This document shows positions 36,061-48,978 of a stretch of DNA of 49,956 nt, in pieces (within the stretch, counting starts at the first letter, position 1; each line of letters begins with the position of its first letter). Below the pieces are notes generated by a model that was given only the letters and a program-made list of their open reading frames with translations, did not search any database and was not told the origin of the DNA. Where the stretch lies: assembly GCF_001194135.2 (NCBI RefSeq), contig NC_068981.1, positions 70,767,515 through 70,817,470 of the forward strand, read 5' to 3'. Both the position numbers and the translations under genes were made by a program. The stretch is from Octopus bimaculoides. Lineage: Eukaryota.

Positions 36061-37420
36061 GATATCTGTAGATGATAACTTCCTGATTTGCTCTTTCTAT
36101 CATATATGACTTTGTACGTCTGCAAATGTATAAAGGTTGAATATTTTTAAGATGTGCTACTGTTGCCATTATTATTTCATATAATTTGTATTATGGAACG
36201 TAATTCTCATTATATTTTTTTTGTAAATATTACCACCTGCATCACAAATAAAATGTAATTGGCTGAGACAGAATATTTTTGATGATGCTGATACTGTTTC
36301 ATGTAACAGAGATGATTTATAGCAGTCATTGTAAAGACTACGATGGTTTTCCTTCAATCCTCCTAGTACTATCTAAATGCTATTCCTGCTGCTGTTGTTC
36401 TCCTAATTGAATTCTATGTAACAGTAAACGATAAAATATTATTGCATGACCTTCCAAAAATTGGTAGGGAAAGTTACTTATGATTTCAATGTAATGAAGT
36501 GCCTTGATATTTTATTTCACATATGAAGCTGCGGCACATTATGATATTCCGTTCCTTCCACATAGCTTGTTTCATTTACATAGCCATCAAAAACTTCAGC
36601 CTTTTTGTGTAGCGCTAGGTAATATTAAAGCTACTGCAAATTTTGATCTTTTTACTTAGCACATATTAGCTTTGAATGATAAGATCTCTGACCAATGTTG
36701 TTCCAGAAGTGACTATTCTGTTTCACCAAATTCTAGAATAACATTCACCAATATGTTTTTCTTTCATTAAGGGCGGACATTGCAATCTAAATACTGCCGG
36801 CTGCTATTTCTACCATATGATGTGCGGTATAGCTGTTCCCTTGTAGAGATTCATAGTTCAAGCAGGACGTAGCTGGAAATATATTATATATATCATATAT
36901 ATGATCTTTATCCTTTGCGCTGCTATCAATGTTGTTACTGCTTTTTGCTGTATCGTCATAGTATCTCTTCGGCTGCTGCTGCGGAATGGCATAGGTTAAA
37001 AATAATTAAAGAATACTAAAGAAGTTCTATTGCATTTAAAAGTGTTTGCATTATGCTAAAAAATGTGTGCAACAATTCATAATTTAACAGTGGAGAACTA
37101 ATGTAGCACATTTTGACTATATCAATGTAATTCACGTTATCTTCGGAATAACGGCAAAATATTCCAGACCAATAATATAATAAAACAATGTTGACCTTGA
37201 TACTGCTGCCAATTATTCTTTGCTATTATTGCTGTGTTTGTGAGTTAAAATTCTACCGGCTGGGCGTCCATCCTTTACAAGGCCACGGAAGTCCGAAATC
37301 ATGTGATCTGGTGGTCTCAGCGCTGGAGGTAACGGAGATTTATCTCCCCGCTAGCGATATGAACTAGAGTGTGTTTTGGTTTTGGTACATGAGTGTGCTT
37401 TGCACCAAAAGCCAATAAGA

Positions 37421-37548
37421 AGCTGACTTTTCCTTTCGTCATTCCAGTGTCGATAAATTAAGTACCAGTTCAGACTGTTGTTGATCTAATCGAATAGAAC
37501 CCCCTCTCCAAAATCTCAGACCTTGTACCTATGATAGAAAGGATTATT
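37421..37548 (+). mobile_element. SINE family A 3' half
   Basis: GTCGATAAATTAAGTACCAG..GACCTTGTACCTATGATAGAAAGGATTATT. Confidence 0.75.
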
Positions 37549-37617
37549 TCCTTATATATTAGATATTCTGGTACAAGCCTAGAAAAACTGATGCTCATAT
37601 ATTCATGATATGATATA

Positions 37618-37619
<2 letters not shown>

Positions 37620-37679
<60 letters not shown>
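37620..37679. repeat. (TG)n microsatellite, about 30 units
   Basis: Direct sequence. Confidence 0.97.
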
Positions 37680-37683
<4 letters not shown>

Positions 37684-38338
37684 CGAACTCTAATACCTCT
37701 AGGGCATAGTGTATGGCTCAAATTATTTCGAACTTAAGCTACTTGCAAAATAAGAAAAGTATGTATTTTAGTAATTTTCCATTTGAAAAAATTTTGCACA
37801 AACATGTTGCATTTCCATATCTCTGAGTGCTCCATGTGCAACAATCTACCAAGTACATTAAACATGCGTTCATCGTAGCACTTTAAAGTTGATGACTAAC
37901 TGTTTTGACATAAGTTTGTTGACATTTATTATTAGACTAGCGGTCAATATTTCCCACAAAATTCAATCCCACCCCAAACACACAGTGCAGGATGACGAGC
38001 ATGCAATTTTAAAGTTGAGTTTCTTTTGGGACTGGTTTAATATCTATTGTAGTTTAGTATCCTTCAGACATTTGCACAGAATAAACAGATGTAAGCATAA
38101 CGAAGAATCAATGCAGTGGAAGTGTAATGAATTTGAATTGCGTTATTGATGCTTGGAGTTCGATTACAGGTTAACTTAACATATACGAGCGTCACATGAC
38201 ATTGCTTCAAATCAATCAAAACCTGGGGAGTAAAATTAGGATCATGCAAATTGTATAAAGCCAGTTTGATGCACAGTGTTTTAATTAAGTGTCGATCTTC
38301 CCACAGACATAGTTACATATACAAATACAATCATACAA

Positions 38339-38411
<73 letters not shown>

Positions 38412-39299
38412 NNNNNNNNNNNNNNNNNNNNNNNNNNNNNNNNNNNNNNNNNNNNNNNNNNNNNNNNNNNNNNNNNNNNNNNNNNNNNNNNNNNNNNNNN
38501 NNNNNNNNNNNNNNNNNNNNNNNNNNNNNNNNNNNNNNNNNNNNNNNNNNNNNNNNNNNNNNNNNNNNNNNNNNNNNNNNNNNNNNNNNNNNNNNNNNNN
38601 NNNNNNNNNNNNNNNNNNNNNNNNNNNNNNNNNNNNNNNNNNNNNNNNNNNNNNNNNNNNNNNNNNNNNNNNNNNNNNNNNNNNNNNNNNNNNNNNNNNN
38701 NNNNNNNNNNNNNNNNNNNNNNNNNNNNNNNNNNNNNNNNNNNNNNNNNNNNNNNNNNNNNNNNNNNNNNNNNNNNNNNNNNNNNNNNNNNNNNNNNNNN
38801 NNNNNNNNNNNNNNNNNNNNNNNNNNNNNNNNNNNNNNNNNNNNNNNNNNNNNNNNNNNNNNNNNNNNNNNNNNNNNNNNNNNNNNNNNNNNNNNNNNNN
38901 NNNNNNNNNNNNNNNNNNNNNNNNNNNNNNNNNNNNNNNNNNNNNNNNNNNNNNNNNNNNNNNNNNNNNNNNNNNNNNNNNNNNNNNNNNNNNNNNNNNN
39001 NNNNNNNNNNNNNNNNNNNNNNNNNNNNNNNNNNNNNNNNNNNNNNNNNNNNNNNNNNNNNNNNNNNNNNNNNNNNNNNNNNNNNNNNNNNNNNNNNNNN
39101 NNNNNNNNNNNNNNNNNNNNNNNNNNNNNNNNNNNNNNNNNNNNNNNNNNNNNNNNNNNNNNNNNNNNNNNNNNNNNNNNNNNNNNNNNNNNNNNNNNNN
39201 NNNNNNNNNNNNNNNNNNNNNNNNNNNNNNNNNNNNNNNNNNNNNNNNNNNNNNNNNNNNNNNNNNNNNNNNNNNNNNNNNNNNNNNNNNNNNNNNNNN
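38412..39299. other. Assembly gap
   Basis: N run between (TA)n and poly-T. Confidence 0.99.
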
Positions 39300-39601
39300 T
39301 TTTTTTTTTTTTTTTTTTTTTGTCATTTTTGCTTGATTTTTTGCATAATGTAAATTTAACAACAAAGATCAATAAAAAGGAAACATTTCCCACGTTAAAT
39401 ATTAAAATTCAGTAGGCAAGGTGATAGATTTCGAGTCTCTTACTCATTATTTGTGCGATAATCCCGGCGGGTGACCATACTGGCACCGCTCTTATATTCA
39501 TATCATATTTTCATTAAATTCTATTTCATTTAATTATATTTATTTTACTCTTTATTGTCATAAAAATTAATCTATATTTTAATATCCTTTATTTTAAATC
39601 T

Positions 39602-40008
39602 GTGGAGGCGCAATGGCCCAGTGGTTAGGGCAGCAGACTCGCGGTCATAGGATCGCGGTCATAGGATCACGGTTTCGATTCCCAAACCGGGCGTTCTGAG
39701 TGTTTATTGAGCGAAAACACCTAAAGCTCCACGAGACTCTGACAGGGGATGGTGGCGAATCCTGCTGTACTCTTCCACCACAACTTTCTCTCACTCTTAC
39801 TTCCTGTTTCTGTTGTACTTCAATTTCTAAGGGCCAGCCTTGTCACACTGTGTCACGCTGAATATCCCCGAGAACTACGTTAAGGGTACACGTGTCTGTG
39901 GAGTGCCCAGCCACTTGCACGTTAATTTCACGAGCAGGCTTTCCGTAGATCGGATCAATTGGAACCCTCGACGTCGTAAGCGACGGAGTGCCAACAACAA
40001 CAACAACG
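39602..40008 (+). mobile_element. Full-length tRNA-derived SINE (family D, OR-type by recall) with 10-bp TSD
   Basis: A box TGGCCCAGTGG, B box GTTTCGATTCC, (AAC)n tail; TTTTAAATCT at 39592-39601 and 40009-40018. Confidence 0.9.
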
Positions 40009-40069
40009 TTTTAAATCTAAGGGTGATGAACTAGCAGACAGTACAGCACAAAGAACACGTTGGTATATT

Positions 40070-40230
40070 GAGTTAGAACTCCTACAATATTGAGCTCAAA
40101 TCTCACTAAAGTCATACTTGCCTTTCACCCTCCTAGTAACGATAATCTATAGGCAGTACCCAAATACTGAAGATCGACATCATAGATTATATCTCCTCAA
40201 AATCCTTTCAAGGCTAGAAATCTTAAAATG
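40070..40230 (+). mobile_element. Old, decayed SINE family A copy
   Basis: GAGCTCAAATCTCACTAAAGTCATACTTGCCTTTCACCCT aligns loosely with the family core. Confidence 0.45.
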
Positions 40231-41169
40231 GAAAAGAAACGTGTATATCTATGATGATATAGTTCTGGATATATTATGCCTAAATCAATGATACGATGAT
40301 CGCTACTTTAATACCTAATGTGTCAGTGGAGTCAGGGCTGACATCAAAAGTAATAATTGTTTTATCCTTCCATGTCTCCCGGAACAATAAAATATGACTA
40401 AAGATCCATTCAATCAACAACACTCATTTTTCTACAAATGCTCAGGCGTCTTCCAAAATATTTGCAAACATGCTGCGCTTTTGTAATATTGAATTTTGTT
40501 TATATGTTTGTAGTTGCAATATGTGTAGATGGAACATATATTTATATGTGTATGTGACTTTGCGTGGGTATGTGGTTTCGATATAAGATGGATCTTCGTT
40601 CGATGAAGATTCAGATACTTCAGTAACTGAATTACCTACCCTTAGATTAATGTGTACGTAGCTTAGCATTTCATAGACATGTATCCTCTTAATTAATTCT
40701 CAGCCAGAATTGGCTTGAGACAGCGCTTGTCTATGCCGTATCTTTTGCATTCCAGGTACAATCTACTCTAGGGGGTATTTATAGTTTCCGAACTCCTAAT
40801 TTCACTCCCAATGTATGAATAAACTTGAGGCTGTAAAAATATTTTCCCAATATACTTATACATTGGGTAAGAATCTGGGACAGATATATCATTTGAGTTT
40901 CGAGTATACACCCTTCTTCTGAAAGAAAGGTGATATAATGTATGGTTCCACGAGGAACTCGAATATTAGAACAAATTATTCATTCACCAGCTCTGTGTAG
41001 ATTACCCGCTATCTGCTTCATTATTTTTAATAGATTCATCTATATCCACATACGTACAAATGTGTATGTGTGTTTTACTGGCCTCTTCCAGTTAACTGCC
41101 TTAATTCATATTTGTGTGTGTGTGTGTGTGTTGTTGTTGTTGTTGAACAAACAGTACCGATAGAAATAT

Positions 41170-41600
41170 ATGCACATGTTTATACTTCCTTTCATCAGAA
41201 AACATTTACAAACTACCTTTGAATCGAAGTATACGATACCAATGTGGAGATAACTGTCATTTGTTCGGGATTGCTTTATGAAGAATTAATATTCAAATGA
41301 AAATTGCGAGATATCAAATAATCTGCTTGGTGAACAGTCATGAGATACAGTTTTTCTAGGAATATATCGAACATCATTTTGACCCGTTAATATAGGGTTT
41401 GATCTTGGAATGGATTTTTTATTGGAAGTTGAAGTAGAATGATTTTGTCGTTGGCATTTCAGATTAATTCCGAGACTGTTGTTACATGTCTCTTCTCGCA
41501 AGCACAAAAGATGGAACACTGGTTGTTGTATCCGGATTTTAATTTTCTTCCACTGACCCACTATAATGCTTAATCTCTGTTTGACCGTTGCCATAGTTTG
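41170..41600 (-). mobile_element. Penelope-like GIY-YIG C-terminal fragment plus 3' flank
   Basis: KHYSGSVEE/LKSGYNNQCS..TTVSELI*..EKLYLM..YLISRN matches YIG/FK.RYNNH/T.LS..IW/EKL.I/LNSRNE; CTGATGA lies about 80 nt downstream on the same strand. Confidence 0.6.
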
Positions 41601-42279
41601 CTAATACCTGTTTTTCACAAACGGAGGCTATATCGCATGCTTGTCCTAGAGAACATTCAGATTTATCTCTTCTTGTGCATGCAGGACAGATTTGAGTCAC
41701 TGGTTGTTAATTGATATTGGGCTTTATATTAGGAGGGCAAGAAAATGTGATTTTTATCGTGTGCATATTTACTATTTTTCTATATGTACGGTTGCTAGCA
41801 AATTGAATATCTAATAAGTGTAATAACTTTCTACTTATATTTGTCGGAACATTTAGTGAGAAGACCAGAATGATGCATAAATTTTTACGGAACTTATTCT
41901 TACGACCAGATGGTTGTGAAAGTGGGTGGTAATAAAAGATTTTATCAGGGAAGCCACTATTCCGTACAGCCTTATTATAATATAAGGAAGCCTTTTCAAA
42001 TATTTTTTTACATGAAAAAAGGCAAGTAATTCAACATAAAAACTGCGAACCTCGCATATTGTTTTATATTATATTTATTTACTTTCGTATGTACACTCAG
42101 TATCGTTTTGTTTGCTCGACCCCTAATTCTACCCACATTTTGCTTGTACCGCCGATATGCGAAGTTCTCAGTCTTATCATTAAAGTTATGAAACTGAGTA
42201 TTAACATTTCGGTTGATAACTGATGAGGAATTAAGGTCCTTCTGTGTCTGTCCAACCTGTATTTAATGCATTTTTCATT

Positions 42280-42328
<49 letters not shown>

Positions 42329-42363
42329 ATATGTATATGCATATATATATATATATATATATA

Positions 42364-42596
42364 NNNNNNNNNNNNNNNNNNNNNNNNNNNNNNNNNNNNN
42401 NNNNNNNNNNNNNNNNNNNNNNNNNNNNNNNNNNNNNNNNNNNNNNNNNNNNNNNNNNNNNNNNNNNNNNNNNNNNNNNNNNNNNNNNNNNNNNNNNNNN
42501 NNNNNNNNNNNNNNNNNNNNNNNNNNNNNNNNNNNNNNNNNNNNNNNNNNNNNNNNNNNNNNNNNNNNNNNNNNNNNNNNNNNNNNNNNNNNNNNN
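42364..42596. other. Assembly gap
   Basis: N run. Confidence 0.99.
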
Positions 42597-42735
42597 GAAA
42601 CCGGTTATTTCTCAAAATACAATGTTTATATACCAAAAAGATTTTATAACATTTTTCTAACATTTTTCTGACATAATTTAAATATATACTTTAACCATGT
42701 AACACAAGCCTTCTGTAGTTTTTTCACTCTTATTA

Positions 42736-42774
<39 letters not shown>

Positions 42775-42902
42775 ATGTGCATATATGCATGCATATATGT
42801 GCATATATGCATGCATATATGTACATACCTACATATATATGTATATATACATACATATATGGGTAAAGATGCAACTTCGTTAAAACAGTCCTTCCCGCAA
42901 AG

Positions 42903-43070
42903 CTTACTTCCACTGTTTACGGTAGTGCTTGGAAGTAATGTGTGTAGCGTGTGATCATCGCATTGACCATGGCAGAGAAAGTTGAGCAGAGAATCTGCAT
43001 CGAATGTTACCAAAACCTTGGTGAAACCTCTCATGGGCCTACGCAAAATTTTCAAAAGGTTTTCATCGTT
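42903..43070 (+). mobile_element. Mariner 5' fragment (start of transposase)
   Basis: [20 protein letters not shown]; about 88% identical over 82 bp to the opposite-strand copy at 43445-43526. Confidence 0.8.
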
Positions 43071-43074
43071 CTTG

Positions 43075-43649
43075 GTACAATCAAGGAGATCTTGTATAAC
43101 TGAAACCCGAGTCTCTTAGCAGTTTTGGCATAAACTTGGCGAGCATGCGTCTCATACACAAATCTTCAGTGATATTGGACTGAACTGAACCGTAACTAGT
43201 CAGCATATTTTCTGATAACTTACGGATGGTGATTCGACGATTTCCCCTCACAGCTGCAAGCACATCTGCGATGTTTTTCTCAGTTCTGCTGGTTGCATGT
43301 CTCCCAAAACGTTCGTGAATATCCACATTTTTTTGGCCATCTTGGAAACGTCTGAACCACTGGTGCACTCTTGGGTGGTTCATACCCTCCTCTCAGTCAT
43401 ACACTTTCCGCAATTTTGCGTAGGCCTCTGCGCAGGTAAAACCACAACTTTTTCTGTCATGGTCAATGCGACGATCACACATTACACACGTTACTTCAAT
43501 GCACTGCCGTAAACAGCGGAAGTAAGTTAGGACATTAAAACTTAGTGCACATTCCCAGCGGAGATTGGGATCAATCTGTACCAGGCGGCTTTTCTCTGCA
43601 TACTTTAGCTACTATGGCAACAGTCCGGATACTTATTGATCAGATCTCG
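43075..43649 (-). mobile_element. Mariner 5' half with left TIR and TA
   Basis: TA-CGAGATCTGATCAATAAGTATCCGGACTG terminus; VHQWFRRFQDG..ERFGRHATSRT..RRITIRKL..DLCMRRMLAKFMPKLL. Confidence 0.85.
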
Positions 43650-43907
43650 TATATATATCTACATATGTGATTATGTTATGTATATATATATAAATATATG
43701 TATGCACGTATATATGTATTTTTGTACGTACGTACGTACGTACGTATGTATGTATGTATGTATGTATGTAAGTATGTGTGCGAATTTCTTCCCGTTAGAA
43801 ACATTTTCGTTCGCCCGTTTGAGGTAAATAAAATACGAAGTTCCATTTCGGTGATATTAAAGAGCAGAGAGAGATAAACTTTGATCAACAGTAGTTTACA
43901 AAAGAGA

Positions 43908-44256
43908 AGCCGGCGAACTGGCAGAATCGTTAGCACGACGGGCGAAATGCTTAGAGGTATTTTGTCGATAAATTAAGTACTGTTTGAGGTCTGGGATCGA
44001 TGTAATCTACTCACCCCTTCCCATAAAATTTCAGATCTTGTGCCTAGAGTAGAAAGGAGAATCGTTAGTACTTCAGGCTAAATACTTGGCGGGATTTCGT
44101 CCATTTTTACACTTTCATTTCAAATTCCGCCGTGGTCCACTTTGCCTTTCATTCTTTCGGGATCTATTGATATTAAATAAATATCAGTTGAGAAATGGGG
44201 TCTATGTAATCATCTCCTGTGATTGCTGGCCTTGTGCTAAACTTTGAAGCCAATAT
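43908..44256 (+). mobile_element. Head-to-tail pair of SINE family A copies
   Basis: The first unit (43908-44057) lacks the B-box segment; the second starts directly at GAGAATCGTTAG and contains TTCAAATTCCGCCGTGGTCCACTTTGCCTTTC. Confidence 0.8.
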
Positions 44257-44957
44257 TTTACAAAGGAAAAAATTTTCATTCGAACACAAATCGGCTATAT
44301 GAATACTTAATAGGGATCAGTGATAATACATGATCTATTTGGTAAAACATATCGGCTTGTGGACAACCTTATATCGTATATTGAATAAAATATTGGCCTG
44401 ATAGTAACAAACTAAATCAACCGAGGATCGAAACAAGGTTATGGCATTCAAATGCTGAGAAAATAGCTCCCGCGGCACAGCACCCTCCAGCAATGAATAT
44501 AATATTAATTATACTATTAAGATTGTAAACAAATAAAAAATTAATATTAGATTTGAAAGACTTTCAGACGGTATCTTATATTAGAAATCTTGATAAAATA
44601 GAGAAGTGGACGATATGGTAGAACAAGAATTATATTCTAGAAGAGAGTTATGTTAATTCTCATTACAGAGTAAGGGCAAAGGATAAGAATTTAATATAAG
44701 CTAATTAGGATATTCAATGTCTAAGTACTCTAAATGACCAATTAGTAAAATCTTGAGTAGGCCTCCTTGACAATAATGGTACCGTGTAACCAATAGAAGC
44801 GGAATGTTCAAACTTGACTTTCCAAACAGACAAAGTATGGTGGGATGCATGAATACAAATGCACTATCAATTTAATAAATTGGCTGAACAGAAAACTCTT
44901 ACGGCTATATGGTATAGATTTTCCAATTAAATACAATGATATATATATATATATATA

Positions 44958-45269
44958 NNNNNNNNNNNNNNNNNNNNNNNNNNNNNNNNNNNNNNNNNNN
45001 NNNNNNNNNNNNNNNNNNNNNNNNNNNNNNNNNNNNNNNNNNNNNNNNNNNNNNNNNNNNNNNNNNNNNNNNNNNNNNNNNNNNNNNNNNNNNNNNNNNN
45101 NNNNNNNNNNNNNNNNNNNNNNNNNNNNNNNNNNNNNNNNNNNNNNNNNNNNNNNNNNNNNNNNNNNNNNNNNNNNNNNNNNNNNNNNNNNNNNNNNNNN
45201 NNNNNNNNNNNNNNNNNNNNNNNNNNNNNNNNNNNNNNNNNNNNNNNNNNNNNNNNNNNNNNNNNNNNN
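44958..45269. other. Assembly gap
   Basis: N run. Confidence 0.99.
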
Positions 45270-45579
45270 GGGGGGGGGGGTGTACATGTCTCTTTCTTCC
45301 TCTCTCTCTCCTCGCACTCAATCTCTGTATGCATGTACAGATACATAAAAATGAACATCTTTTAATCTAATACAATATACATATGAAAGAAAGATGTATG
45401 ATGAGTTTTTTAAAAACATACATTAATACAACAAAAGCTGGGAGAGGCAAACATTGGACTAGAAAATATATTAATAATTTACTTATGCGTTAAGTTTCAG
45501 CGCAATACACTAATACAATGCATATCTATAGATTTTGACCAACAGCAGCAAAAATGACAGATATTTATCTGCAATACAG

Positions 45580-46500
45580 AGAGTCTGTCTTCTTGAAATA
45601 TACACTTGTAATAAGTTATTCAGTAACAGACAATGCAATCACTTCTTGTACTGAAATCTCTGACAGCGGCCTAGGATAAAACCCTGATATCTATAGTATT
45701 TATCACAGTCACCCAAACATAGCAAATCACAAGGCTTCTAGCGTCCATATGTAGGGAGCACAACTGAATATTTTATTAAGATTTTGGGAAATTCTTTGTA
45801 TACTGTAGCAAGTCTAGCGTCACAGGTTTGTTGAATAAGTTGCTCAGCGTATTTCTAAACACTGTCTTCTGAACTGCTTAGCTGTGGTAACAGTTTTACT
45901 ATCGCAGTTATCCTGAAATAGATTCAAACACTCTGTACAAAAATAAATACAGGAGGATCATTTGATTATGATTTAATTCAAAATATTCCCCTCTCAGATT
46001 CAGACACATGCCGCAGCGGTCCTTCAGGTTTTCTAAGTCCTGTAACAAAAAATTCGGTAAGTTGAGCCTACAATCAGGCCTTTTTTGATACCCTTAATGC
46101 CCGGAACTTTTCAGCGCCCCTTCGTATATGATTTTATGCATCAAATTCTGTCATACAATAGTCCATCAGTATTTTACCAAATCAGTGCATTTCATGTTTG
46201 ATGAGAGACTTCTTTCTATCATGCTGGTCAACAATTTCCATATCTATTAAATGTATTTCCGTAAAGATCCATAAGATATCCATAAGATGCCATCAAACAA
46301 CGATCAGGAGTCTACAATTGTATCTCTTACCACTCGTGATAGGTTTTCTTTTTCATAAGTCCCATTAATAATATCGCTTTTTCATGCAATTATGTCAATA
46401 TTTCTTTCTGATTTCATCTAGGGACACTGCATTTAAACACTTTTTGTACGTTTCCTTGTATTTTCTTGACACACCTAAATTTTTTCCAGAATGATTCTAC
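45580..46500 (-). mobile_element. Possible decayed hAT transposase C-terminal pieces, interrupted by a mariner-derived MITE
   Basis: Weak similarity: LATVYKEFPKILIKYSVVLPT and LTSMIERSLSSNMKCTDL resemble the hAT dimerisation domain (LP..SA..ERSFS..KT). Confidence 0.3.
45945..46124 (-). mobile_element. Mariner-derived MITE with one TIR lost
   Basis: TA-CGAAGGGGCGCTGAAAAGTTCC terminus is joined within about 70 nt to the transposase C-terminus LENLKDRCGMCLNLRGEYFE. Confidence 0.7.
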
Positions 46501-46540
46501 ATCTTCTTGAATAAGTACCTCTCATACATATATTGACTGA

Positions 46541-46544
<4 letters not shown>

Positions 46545-46585
<41 letters not shown>

Positions 46586-46641
46586 CATACATACATACAT
46601 ACATACATACATACATACATACATACATACATACATACATA
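46545..46641. repeat. (TA)n + (TACA)n microsatellite
   Basis: Direct sequence. Confidence 0.95.
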
Positions 46642-46849
46642 CGCATGTGTCTATGTCAATAAAATGCTAATTGATTTCTGTTCCATTTTTTGTTAAAACC
46701 ATTTCCTTACAGATGGTCTATGCTATTGGCGGTGTTCTAATTGAATATTTCTTTACTCCTTCATGTGGGTTGTATTAATTTATAGTCAGGTATTCACTTT
46801 TAAATCTCAAAATATCGTTTCTACTTTACTTTTAATATTTTGCAGGTGG

Positions 46850-46904
46850 GGAAACGCAATGAGCTGATAGAAAAGTTAGCATCCACGCTAAGATGCTTAG
46901 CGGT
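46850..46904 (+). mobile_element. SINE family A head fragment
   Basis: GAGCTGATAGAAAAGTTAGCA..AGATGCTTAGCGGTAT. Confidence 0.55.
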
Positions 46905-47222
46905 ATATTGATGTGTTTGTGGACCAGAGATGTTTGCCCACCAAAACTGCATGATAAGCTTTACTTAGCCATCATCTTCATTGTGGAAGTGTATGCAGTC
47001 AGTTGGTATGAGATCAAAAGGGACAGGAAGTTCCACAATCAGCAGCTGTAAATCTTCAACATGATAAAGACGATCAAGCAGCAGACTCAAGAAATCCAAG
47101 ATGTTGCTTTCAGAAACCTAAAGTACAATGCGTTTGCCTTGTTACCCAAAATGTGCTGTACTCGATGATGAAGTATGAAGTGAGATAAGCTGCTCTCAAG
47201 AAAAGTATCTCTATCAGGTACG
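46905..47222 (+). mobile_element. hAT-superfamily (hATm-like) transposase fragment
   Basis: LYLAIIFIVEVYAVSWYEIKRD..FNMIKTIK..RNLKYNAFALLP/ENVLYSMMK..VR*AALKK matches the FI..VYA..WF.IK / NA....PENIL..M pattern. Confidence 0.55.
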
Positions 47223-48338
47223 CATTTATAAATTTCAAAATGTAAAAAATTTCGAGTATGGGGATTCATCGAACTGTTATTACAAGTGTCACTGTTATCA
47301 TAAGTTTTATTTGCAATGAGAAATTTTGACACAAATAGGGATCAAATTTTAAAATGAGGTCAGGTTAGGTTAAGGGTTTAGAGCCACTTTTCATCATCAA
47401 GGGTCCATCAGGCTTTTACTTAACCTAGGGTAGAAAGGGCATGAGAAAATCGCGTAAATATGTTTTTGCTACCAACCAAAGGAGCTCTTCTGCAGATCAA
47501 GAGAGAGCTACTCGTCTGCATTGGGGGAGTATGTGGATTGAAACTCCTTAGGCGTGCTCCGAGTGACGGAAGCTTAATGTGTTGTGAGTATAAAAATAGA
47601 TGAGGGAAGGAAGATAGTAATGTTGTAAGTGACTGTGTTCACATATTAATTAAGCAAATATTGGTATCTCAAGTATTTCAACTGAGCATATGTAAAACAA
47701 TACTGATACATTATTCTGATTAATGAAAACTATGAATAAACATTTACTGTATCTATACACAATATAGCAACTTTTTTTTATATACTTTTGACCTAGGTGC
47801 CTTATGTCAAAACTTCCACTGCTCCATTATAAACTGGACTGATAGTAGAGAAACCTCCCACCTATAGTAGTTTGTCACTAAACCCAAAGAAATTTTATAA
47901 CTATACCATCCATCTTTACTGTCTATATTGTTTAGCTCTTTCCCTTTCCCTACAAAGAAAATGCTAGTGCCCTCTTAAACTTTGAATCACTAGGTTTGAT
48001 AAGATGATCCATAAATCAGAAACAAAAAAAAAACAAATAAAATCAGTGACAGTTAAAAATCTGCTTAGAATTAATTACTAACCTGTATAGTCTGGCTAAG
48101 TCAAAATGTTTTTTTGTATTCTTCCTATCTACTTGGAGAGTTTAAATGTAGTTATAAAAAATATGTCCTTCTGTTGAACTGAAATTTCAGTAAATTTCTA
48201 TATCTTTGTGCAGCTCAAGATTGCTCTGCATTTTACATTTGATGTAATGTTCACATTGCTTAAATAAATGGAGTCGTATGAAACGATCGTACTGCATTAA
48301 CTTTGGATATCGTTGTTGCTTATTTTGATTATATATAT

Positions 48339-48978
48339 NNNNNNNNNNNNNNNNNNNNNNNNNNNNNNNNNNNNNNNNNNNNNNNNNNNNNNNNNNNNNN
48401 NNNNNNNNNNNNNNNNNNNNNNNNNNNNNNNNNNNNNNNNNNNNNNNNNNNNNNNNNNNNNNNNNNNNNNNNNNNNNNNNNNNNNNNNNNNNNNNNNNNN
48501 NNNNNNNNNNNNNNNNNNNNNNNNNNNNNNNNNNNNNNNNNNNNNNNNNNNNNNNNNNNNNNNNNNNNNNNNNNNNNNNNNNNNNNNNNNNNNNNNNNNN
48601 NNNNNNNNNNNNNNNNNNNNNNNNNNNNNNNNNNNNNNNNNNNNNNNNNNNNNNNNNNNNNNNNNNNNNNNNNNNNNNNNNNNNNNNNNNNNNNNNNNNN
48701 NNNNNNNNNNNNNNNNNNNNNNNNNNNNNNNNNNNNNNNNNNNNNNNNNNNNNNNNNNNNNNNNNNNNNNNNNNNNNNNNNNNNNNNNNNNNNNNNNNNN
48801 NNNNNNNNNNNNNNNNNNNNNNNNNNNNNNNNNNNNNNNNNNNNNNNNNNNNNNNNNNNNNNNNNNNNNNNNNNNNNNNNNNNNNNNNNNNNNNNNNNNN
48901 NNNNNNNNNNNNNNNNNNNNNNNNNNNNNNNNNNNNNNNNNNNNNNNNNNNNNNNNNNNNNNNNNNNNNNNNNNNNNN
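48339..48978. other. Assembly gap
   Basis: N run. Confidence 0.99.

Noticed and set aside
36260-36360. FDDADTVS..DL*QSL similarity to an RT YADD region
   Set aside because: Too short and decayed to call a separate LINE.
46712-46789. AG...GT-bounded 78-nt segment
   Set aside because: Stops in all three frames and a weak donor.
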